41,512 nucleotides of DNA. Source: Rhizodiscina lignyota. Its lineage: Eukaryota. The position numbers were made by a program, and so were the translations under genes. The DNA lies in assembly GCA_010015805.1 (NCBI GenBank), contig ML978148.1, positions 1 through 41,512 on the forward strand, read 5' to 3'. Positions 26,039 to 35,615 of this stretch are shown piece after piece (the stretch's first letter is position 1; every line of letters starts with the position of its first letter). The notes beneath the pieces are model-generated. The model was not told where the DNA came from and searched no databases. It worked only from the letters and a program-made list of their open reading frames with translations.

Positions 26039-26316
26039 GTTATCGTCCACTCTTCTGATAACCTGGTTTCTAACAAGTTTCAGAACTTATAGTGATCCGA
26101 CCTTGGCAAAGTAATCGGATGTCTTTCAAGAACCGTTGCGCATTCAAGATACAGCTCTATGTCAAACTCTTCGACTCTTACTTTCTTCAACACTCTTCCA
26201 CATAATCTCCGTCTGAGATTCGCCTTTAGCGCCGCCTTGGCCGTGATCCTCTTCAGAGGTCACAATGCTTTAAGAATTTAGAAGGCCATTACCGATCCGC
26301 GCAGCAGACTGAATGC

Positions 26317-28424
26317 TTAGTCTTTCTTGTCTGCAGTATCGACCTGTGTCTCGACATGGACAGCGTCAGTCTTTTCGATATCAGCCAACTTTCCGATTTC
26401 ATGAGCTCCACGAATGAGGTTGGAATGCTCCAGACTAAGCTCTCGGAATCGTTTTTCCTCGTCCCAGACGAATGGCGACTTGCTTGCAAACAACAGGTCG
26501 ATCTATCACCGCAGGGATTAGCTTCAGCTTCAAACCAGACGTTAATCGGACTCACCTCTTCCAATGTGCGGCAAGCCGTCTCTGGGTAGAAGAAATACAC
26601 ACAGGCCATTGCAAAGAGATTGAAGACGGCGTGTATGTAGAATCCATTTGGACCAAGTTTGCCAAACATGCTTGGTGCCGCAAGAGACACGGATCCACAT
26701 CCGAGGCTCCATCCTTTAGTCAAGTCAGATTCTCAGTGCATTGCGAAAAGCCGGGGCGGAATTAGACGTACCGACAATGCCAAATGCATTTCCTTTTGCT
26801 CTGATCGCCAATGGGAATATCTCAGTCGGATCTTGAGGGAGTCAGCAAACTATCATACGATGTGAGGTTGTGGAATACGTACAAACCCATGGCACGACCA
26901 ACCAGGTCGTCGCGAAGACGAAGTCGTACACAAACACGAACGATCCGGCAGCTGCACCGATTGATGAACTATGCTTGTCCGCGGCGACCTTTGAAAGTGC
27001 TCCAAGAATGAAGAATGAAATGCTTTGTCCGACACTGCCGACCAACAGCAAAGGACGTCTGCCAAATCTGTCGACTGTAAAGATTGTGATGATGGTGGAG
27101 AATGTGGTGACAAGGTTCTGAAAGCCCGTCAAGAGGTCCGCCTGGCAGCCAATTGAGTCAGTTTTGAAGCTGCCCAGACGAGGAGGCTTACTTTGTGCGG
27201 GCTGAATCCAGCAAGTCTAAACAGAGTCGGAGCGTACACCACAACGCTTGTCACTCCAGTCCTGTGCAGATATCAGATTATGCGTTCGAGGGGGGTCCAG
27301 CATACCATGCCTGCATGATTTGCAACCAGCAAGCCAGAAACGTGCGTCGCCCGAGATGGAGGTCACCACTCTTTGAGCCGGTAACCATATGGAAGTACGT
27401 CCGGGCTGGATATTCCGCTTCCAGTTCTGTGGACCGTTAGCATGCCCGAACCAAGTCCTTCGAGGCCATTCAGCTTACCGACTGCAGCAATGATCTCCTC
27501 ATACTCTGCAATGACGTCTGGATGATTGATGTCACCACGGGATCTGAAGACCGCCAGTGTCTTTCGTCCTCGTTCACGATGTCCATTTCCGATGTCCCAT
27601 CTGCTATCGTCAGCGCAGTTCACAGTCGAGAACGGATGTTATCCAAACCTCGGGCTTTCCGGCATAAACGGGATTGTGACCATCAGCAACAGAAGGAAGA
27701 CCATCTGGAAGCCGAGTGGAAATCGCCATCGAACTTGTGTATGGCCGTCGTTGATCATGGCCAGCAAATATTCGAGCCAGTAACTGACCGAGATTCCGAC
27801 GAAGTTGATGGTCATCTCGAACGCCATCACACCACCCCGAACATCATGCGCCACCAACTCGGAACCCCAGACAGGAATAACAGCAGTGATGCTACCGGTA
27901 CCGATGCCGCCAAGAACGCGAGCGCAGAGCATCCAGTTTGCGTTCTGGGCAGCAGCTTGCAACGAGAATCCGAAAAGACCCCAAAGGCCGCCGAAAAGGA
28001 TTGCCTTCTTTCGTCCAATCTTGTCGGAGACGGCGCCGCCCATCAGGCAGCCGAACAATGTTCCCAGATAGTAAATGGAAACCAGTCCGCCTTGTTTGAG
28101 AGGCTTGGTGATTTCTCCTGTTGCGCCATTGCCGATTTTCATCAGATCCTGCAAGATGATGAGCTTCTTCCTCTGTGGTGTCTTTGTACTGCGCATACAA
28201 TGTAAGAAGGGCTGATGTTGACCCCGGACATGACTTGGTTTCTCAGAGTCAGTTATTCTTTCTTGCACATAAGACTTCTCACTACATACCGCCTTGGTCG
28301 TAGCCTTCAAACACAATTCCAAGGCCGGCCACCAGGCACACGCTTCAATTGGTCAGACTATTGCATTTCAATCTGCATTGCGAAATACTCACGCGTATAC
28401 CATCGATCGTCCATAGAGAGGCAT
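26317..28424 (-). CDS. MFS sugar porter (Sugar_tr family), multi-exon
   Basis: Spliced N-terminus MPLYGRSMVYAVCLVAGLGIVFEGYDQGVMSGVNISPSYIDLMKIG; SDKIGRK, RVLGGIGTG, WRFPLGFQ, PESPR, VDRFGRRPLL, YPETACRTLEE|IDLLFAS; stop at 26317-26319. Confidence 0.92.
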
Positions 28425-29106
28425 CTTGACTGTCAATGTTTCCCAATGCGCAAAAGAAGCGAGAAATGGACTGGGGCATTTGCATCATAAGTATCGAATA
28501 CAGTTCAATTACCCTCCAATCGCGGAGAGTAATGAACCGCTACAAATGGGCATCATGGCGGATAAATGGGCAAAATGGAAAGATTGCCGAAATCCACAAG
28601 GAGAAGCAATATCCTATGAAGCTCACCGCGATGTGTTACCTTGTTTGATGCGCTGTTTCTCCTCATGAGGGCGTGATCAGGTTGGATAGCGAGACTTGTT
28701 GACTTCGGATCGTTGTCCGCTCGGAGCCCCTGTCCTGCAGATTTGCGGCTCCCGACAATCTCTCAACCCACGTCTGTTCGTTCTTGTCCTTGGATCCTCC
28801 GCATTCTTTTCATGAATCATGTTTCGAGTTGTCGATGTGCAACTCCACAATAAATCGGGGAGATACTGCGAAGGGAAACGATCTTCGCAATCGGAGCAAT
28901 CCCCGTGTTATCCCCATCCGTGCGTCAGTCTTCAGGTCTCATGTTCATGCGATGTGAGAATCAGGCAAAATTCTTCAACGTCAAGACGTTCTACTAGTTG
29001 ATTTACGATTTAACGCGAGCTGATTTTCGACTGTGGCGTGGTTGGATTGGAGAAAATGGCTCAGACTTGGCGAGCTTGACGATGGCTTGACGATGACTCG
29101 ACGGCC

Positions 29107-29790
29107 TCATTCCTTCGCCTTCAACGCTTGCTCGGGGTTCGCCAGCATATCTCTGTTCCATCTGGGGTCCTTGCTCTCCTTCACAGGCGCCCATCCGAGT
29201 TGGATCTGTTGACGTGAGTAACGCATCCGAAACGTCTTTGGCCTTCTCACCTGCATAATCTTCTGGTCCCAATCTTTCGTGAAGCTCTTCACTTTCCCAT
29301 CTTCAATCTCAAAGATGGCCGCAGCCCACCATCTTGCCTGTTTCGGTGGATCTGACTTTTCGATTCCCTTGTACGGCTTTCCAGAGTGCGATCCTTCGGC
29401 GGTATACCGCAGCAATACGTGGCCGTCTTTTGCCCATGCCTGATCGAACCGCACAATGTGAAGGTCATTGACGGACGCCATGACAGTTGCGTGGGAGTCG
29501 GCGTAGTCCATGGGCGTCGTGCATCCTGGGAATGTTGACGGACTGTAGAACCAGCTGTCTGAGGTACAGAGATGACGAACAGATTCGGCGCCTTTATTCT
29601 CGGTCGGCGAATATGAAATGCGCATGTACTCTTTTGCCACATCAATGTTTTTCTGTGTCCAGTGAGCTTGGATCTACAAAACCAAACATGATGGAGGTGG
29701 GGAGGAGATCTGCCAACGTGAAATACATACCACCTCCTCGGGGGTCTGCTCTGCTGATATCGCCGTTGGCGGATACTCTTTTGATGCCAT
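29107..29790 (-). CDS. SnoaL/NTF2-like fold protein (polyketide cyclase-like), 3 exons
   Basis: MASKEYPPTAISAEQTPEEV|IQAHWTQKNIDVAKEYMR...DGHVLLRYTAEGSHSGKPYKGI...AIFEIEDGKVKSFTKDWD...MQ|IQLGW. The G-x-H-x-G...G-I and F..dGKi....D...QLG pattern is typical of SnoaL-like proteins. Confidence 0.75.
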
Positions 29791-30807
29791 GGCTCTCTGC
29801 TCGGTTTCCAAGAGCATTTGAGTGGTTTAAATCATGTGAGATATTGAAGATGGCCTTTCTTGAGGATTTCATTGTTGTGTTGCGGCGGAAGGGACGTCAT
29901 CCCATCACCATGACATCAACACCTTTTGTATGTCAATCGTTGACAAAGCTTTCATGCGAAGGGCGAATTCTCATCAATTACACATGTGCTTCCAGCAGGC
30001 AGCTTTGCGATGAGGTTAATATGAAATTGTATCGAAACAGTTTCTTGCCGGCGCCGTTGATGTTTCACAAGGCGCGCCGCCCGACGCTGTATGCCGTGCA
30101 AGAGCGTGGCGATGACGCTTAGCACATATAATAATTTGCGCAGATACCTGATCCGGCATACCATCTTTACTAAGATTACTAGTAAAAGCCATGTCTAGGA
30201 GAAATTGCTGCGTAAAATTAAGGGTTACACCACAATTTTGTTCGGTATTTTGTCCGGCCTTAAATAGTCTTCTCTTCTCTTTATACATGCCTGCCTGCTC
30301 TGAAACGTGCTAATTTAGCTTTAAAGAGCGGGAATAACACAAATGTAAGCTATAAGTGATCTGATCTCTTGAGAGCTGTAAGAAAGATAAGTAAGGCCCG
30401 CTGGTGCTTTGTGAGAATGCCTAATTTGTAATATACCCTACGAGCAACTTTGGGTGAGTACCGAGAGAGCTATAGAGTAGTGCCCGGATTAATAGACTAA
30501 GCTGTAGTAAGCGCGTTAGCGAGTACTAGCTGAGCCGTTCGTAGTATCTAGGAGAGCTGTGGGTGAGCTGTAGGTAAGCCCTCGAGTTAAGAGGTTAAAT
30601 GTAGATAGAGAAATAAGGATTCCTAATAGGCTCCTAATAAGCTCCTAAACGAGCTCTAAAGAGCCGGATCAGGCTCTTTAATGTAAACTCCTAGTGGCCC
30701 CCTGCCTTATCGTCACTAATTCTCGCATAATTTGCATTTCTACCGTCGGAATTCTTGTCGAATCCCTCTTATTAACAAGAGACCTTGTATACTTATACTA
30801 ATAAGTC

Positions 30808-31500
30808 TTAGATAAGCCGTAAAGTTTGAAGTAAAACCCTTCTATATTATACTTCTTTTATAGCTTTACTATACATTATCCCGTACACGTAGCACGGACT
30901 AACTAGCGTATATTACTCGTCTTATTATCTAACGACAAGAGGTAATTAATAACTAAGAATAATATATATTTAATCTCCTTTTATAGTCCTAGGGGGGCCT
31001 ATACCTATATAACCCTCTTTTATAATGAAAAAGGCTCTATTCTTACACGCGTTACCTATGGCATCCGTAAATATAATACAATAATTCCGCCCCTTTTACT
31101 TGTCGGTTATTACTAGCCATTAAAGTCGATATACCGATTATCGTAGGCTAAGGAAAGACTTAAGAATGCCCTCTTCTGATAAAGGATTAGGAATAGTCCT
31201 TTCCTAGTTTATATATACTTTAATATAGTCGTTAAAATAGGCTAGCCCACCTACTTCCGTCGGAGATATAGAAGGTATCTTACGTCTAGCTTTACTCTAC
31301 TTAGGCAGTAATAAACCTAAAATGTATAGAAATCTAGCGGCTAAGTTGTAAAAGTGTTTAGCCTCTCTAGAGTCCGGAAAATCGTCGATAGAGAGGGCAT
31401 AGTTAGAAGAGTCGCAGATTAAGGTTCTGAAATAAGCTTGTATTACTGTTATCCCCGTTAGATGAAGAGCTCGGCCTTAAGACAAAACGAGATCTACTTA
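30808..31500 (-). pseudogene. RIP-inactivated C-terminal part of a HET-domain-type (het-6-like) gene
   Basis: Minus-strand frame reads ...HLTGITVIQAYFRTLICD...CKNRAFFIIKEGYIGIGPPRTIKGD*IYIILSY*LPLVVR**DE*YTLVSPCYVYGIMYSKAI...LRLI*. This is the R.FF.T..GY.G.GP....GD.I.I..G...P.V.R......L.G.CYV.G.M.GEA signature of the C-terminus of HET-domain proteins. The HET domain itself was not recognised upstream. Confidence 0.75.
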
Positions 31501-33644
31501 GTTAGTCCTTCTTATAGAAATGCGAAGCACTAACTACTAAGTTTTCTCAACAACAAATGTCCTAAAATCTCGTTGGTTAAGGCAAGGCTGCGAAGGCTAC
31601 GAAGGCTGCGATACGGCAGCTGGGATACCCTCTCTAAATTAAGAAAGTCGAATCTCTTAAGGCCTAAATCTAAGGACTCTAGTTCTGTCTAATAATTAGA
31701 CTCTCCTATAAGAATCTACTCGCTTAAATACGTTTCAATTCGAGTACTTCCTATTTATTTCAGAATATTATCGCCTGTACACTAAGTCGAGCTCCGCTTA
31801 GCGTTCTAAGAGTATTACTATTAAGCAAGCAGGTGAACGCGCCGTACAATAGCTAGAGTATCTCGCTAGCGGAGACGAAGCCTTCCTATTATAATATCCG
31901 CTCTACTGTTTCTAGTAACGCAATTATAAAAGCTTAGATAATGTTTAGAGGCGCTTAGGACACGAAGCGAGAGCAGCCTATTTTAACGCACTCGTAGCCT
32001 GTCTATTAGCAAGGAATGTAGGCATTACGAGCCATCCGTTTAGAAATTAAGACTTGCTCGCAGAGTAGCAAGATCTTTAGCTGTCGTTTCTGTAAGCTCT
32101 TACTTCAAGTTGTAGAGCTCGTTCTAGAAGCTCCTGCATACAAATTTTCATAATCATTTCTTGAAAAAATCCGGGGCGAAGTAATCTCTAACAAAATGGG
32201 CCGCAAGGTCGATAACACTACTAAGCTAAGGCTATTCGGACAGATGCCTGTTAATGCTTATCTGCCTATAGTACATATCTACCTTACCGCCTAGGGCTTA
32301 ACGCTAACTAGCTACTAGTTGTCACTATTACGAGTTAGTCGCATAGTAAGGTTGCTAGCGTTATGCTTTATATCCTTTATAGACCCCGAAGTACTACGCT
32401 TATCTTAAGATCTAAGTAGAGCGAGTACGGATAACTTCTATATTAGCAGATCGCGGCGCGTAGTAAGTAGTATTGTCGTAAAGAGGAATATCGTCGTTAA
32501 AAGCTAGAGTCCGATAGGGGCAATTAGCTACTGAATGTCGACACGGAAATAGGGCGAAGTTATCCAGGCTATCCTAAGGGCTGTTTAGTTCCTACCCTAG
32601 TCAGGCTAACTTCGTAGCCTATAGTCGTACAATCGTTAGCTAATATTAGCCTCGTAAAGGACCTGTAGTCTACGTACGTATTAGTCATACTATTAGTAAA
32701 GCTACTTATTAAGTTGCTAAATCCCTCGAAAGCTAGACGGGAATTAGGAGGCTTTAATAAGTCTACCTATATGGCTAATCCAAATATAGCGGTAGAAGTA
32801 GACGCTATAACGTCGAAGTAGCTAGCATTAAGCTAGCGTAATATGCCGCTCCTAACTAATGCGGTACCTTGTAACACACTATTACTAAGGTAATACGTAG
32901 TAGAGTCGAAGCCCTCCTAATCTAATGTATAATTAGTACCTTCGTTGTCTAGCTAGAACTAGAAAAGTCCTTAGTAAGTAAATAAATTGTGCTTATCGCC
33001 AAACTATCCTGCCTAGGGTAGGCTTCGTTGCACATTTCGTACGCTAGTCGATGTCGTCCTATTTAAGATAGTTGTTTCTAGAGTAGCTAGGCATAGGCTA
33101 ATACTCGCCTTAAAAGCATGGACTTGTACTAGCCTATATTGTTCGATGTAACCCGAACCTTTAAGTGATTCGTTTACCTGTTGCTATAAGTAGATGACAA
33201 AAACATCCGCCAATTTGAATTCGAATGGCGAGCCGTAAAGTGAATAATATAGGCGGCTTTGGTTCGCTGAAGGCAGTCTGTCAATAGCAAATATTCTAAT
33301 GTTATAACCGGGCGAACTAAGCCTACTTAAGCATTCTACTCTAGAACGCGTCGCCTTCCTGCAACTTGCCCTATTTCACCCCCTTGTTAACACCTAGGAA
33401 CGCGTCGCCTTCCCAATTTCACCCGCCTGCCCCTTATATTACGTGTACGGATCGTGTCGCGATTTACTGCCCTCTAGGAACCCGTCGCGAATCCCTCTCC
33501 CCCTAAATCTAGGCTTGTATAGCCTGTACGCTACACGCCCGTCCGCACTTAATAATAACTACTTTAACTACTATTATACTATTAATCTAATCGTACTAAT
33601 CTCTTTTTTAATCTCTCTCGCGCTCGCTTACTCGCTCGCTCTCT

Positions 33645-33650
<6 letters not shown>

Positions 33651-33676
<26 letters not shown>
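33651..33676 (+). repeat. (CT)13 microsatellite
   Basis: Perfect CT run inside a pyrimidine-rich tract just upstream of ATG 33702. Confidence 0.9.
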
Positions 33677-33701
33677 TTAAGCTTATTATCTCTTAAGAAT
33701 A

Positions 33702-34930
33702 ATGTTTTAAGCCCTTGTCGATAAAACTAAGCTATCTAGCTGCTAGGACTCTCTTACGAGCGTAGACTAAGACCGGAGGCTTACTATATTAGGGCTGTAT
33801 CTAGACCGAACTAAGCGCGTCGTTATCTGCATAGAGTGTAAGTACGCGCTTAAGCCGTCCGCTAAGGCCGTGTCTAAGCACCTTTAGGAGAAGTACTAAG
33901 TGCCTACTAAAGCCCGCCGCGGCCTTAATACCTTTATTAACTCGCTAAACCTACCGCATCCTAATAAGCTTAGTCTCTAGCCTAATAGCTTTATACTATA
34001 CCTACACCTTGCCGTCTAATCTAGCGCGGCTTGCAAGTACTACTAGTACCGGTCTACTAGCCTCGACCTCGTACGGCGCTACCTAGCGAAAGGGTACAGT
34101 TAAAAGGGCAGCCGTAAGACCTAGCTTCGCGATAACCTCCGTACTAGTCTAAGCCTATAGAGCTAGAGTTAGAACGGCGCGTAAGGATACTAGATAGTAG
34201 TAGCGGTAGTAGCGGCGGTAGTAGATAGTTAACACGCTTCTACGCTAGAGGTAGTAAGCGGCTCGCCGCGCCGCGAGAGAAGGGTTCTACTACTATACAA
34301 GGAAGAGGAGCATTAGGCTATAGAAAAGATGCGGGACTACTTAGCGGTAATAGATACTAGTATAAACGACCCGGCCTTTACGAGTACCTAGATACGTAGG
34401 ACTAGCTAGGCTAACACGTTTACTAGTACTAATTACTACTTACTCCGGCGCCTTACTAACCCTCCTACTCCGTACGGCTATAGCCTACTACTTAGCCGCC
34501 CCGGCACGGACGAGATTTATAGTAGCGCTAAGGACGAGTAGGCCCTTACTATAATTAGTCGTACTATCGACTGCTTCTTCGATTGGTACGAGGATACTAC
34601 GCGGAATACAGGCTACTCGGCCCGCTACTAGCTTTAAAGCCAGGTCTCTAGGAGGCCGTATAAGGCGCTATTTAAGCTACTAGCACGGGAGAGTACTAGA
34701 AGAAGGTACTAAGGGCTATAGAAGAGGCTTATATACTTCTTAGCCCGCCTATATCGCCTTAACAGCAGAGTACGCGGAGAGCTACTTAGCGTACAGCTTT
34801 TAGACGGCTAGTAAAGGGCTATAGAGCTAGTATAGGTAGCCGCCTCGCGACTTAAGCTAGACAGCCTAGCGGGTTAGCTACTACAGACGACAATAGGAGG
34901 TTAAGGCCTATACTTTCTAACTTATACTAT
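33702..34930 (+). pseudogene. RIP-mutated, 3'-truncated DUF3505-type (OrsD-like) zinc-finger ORF of a helicase-associated element (copy A)
   Basis: A single frame from ATG 33702 reads LGLYLDRTKRVVICIECKYALKPSAKAVSKHL*EKY..., ACKYY*YRSTSLDLVRRYLAKGY (CxxC...H...H after de-RIP), T*IRRTS*ANTF (WMRRTGW) and YKALFKL...TRRRY*GL*KRLIYFL. Recognisable coding pattern stops at ~34930. Confidence 0.72.
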
Positions 34931-35615
34931 ACGACTAGTTCGAGTCGAACCGATTTAAGCCTGCTAACAAATTTAGCGCCGGCAGGATAAGGAGGGGGTC
35001 GGACCGATTTAGGGTTTAGAGTCGAACCCGATTTGCGAGAAAGTAGTAAAGTAGCGCCTAGGGGCGGGTTTTAAGCGTATAGAAATATAGTCCTAGCCGC
35101 GCCTGACCCGGCCATGCAGTTAGAACTATTAGGGTTATAGTACGTTGTTGCGTTGTAGCCGTAGTCCGCGGTATACAGGAGTTTTCGTATTCGCGGTTAC
35201 ATAATCTAAGCAGGATTAGCAGTTTAGTATAGTACATAGCGAGTAAAACAAGTCGCGGTCGGACGTAGTAGGCAGGTAGGATAGTAGGTAGTATATTGTA
35301 GTTAAAGGCGGGTAAGCTATAGTTGAATATAGTAGGTTAATAGGGTAGTACACGCCTGTTTCCGTAGTACGAAAGTAGTTTCATAGTTATGTGTTTTAAG
35401 TAGGGCGGGCGGGTAGGCATGCGCGCGTAGCGCGGCTAGGGGCTGAAGCGTCGAAGCTACGAAATAAGAAAAGGGGGAAAAGATTAGGGATTTAAGTAGA
35501 TAATAAGACGTATTATTGAGTTCAGAAGGCCATTTAATAGTTGCCCTAGTCATTAGTTAAGGAAGAACCTATAGTAGAACTAAGGAGGGAGGGAGATTAA
35601 AAGATTAGGGGAGAG

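Noticed and set aside
29487..30288. 211-aa + strand ORF and small neighbouring ORFs
   Set aside because: Antisense to the SnoaL-like gene and its promoter, with no protein-like features.
31584..31610. 9-bp tandem AAGGCT(G/A)CG x3
   Set aside because: Too short to interpret; likely slippage.
33443..33724. 93-aa ORF with an SLSLSL run
   Set aside because: Artefact of the (CT)n microsatellite; the DUF3505-type frame is different.
35008..35018. TTTAGGGTTTA and other scattered TTAGGG hexamers as telomeric repeats
   Set aside because: Only isolated units, expected in G-rich RIPped DNA. No tandem array is present, so a subtelomeric position cannot be claimed from this window.
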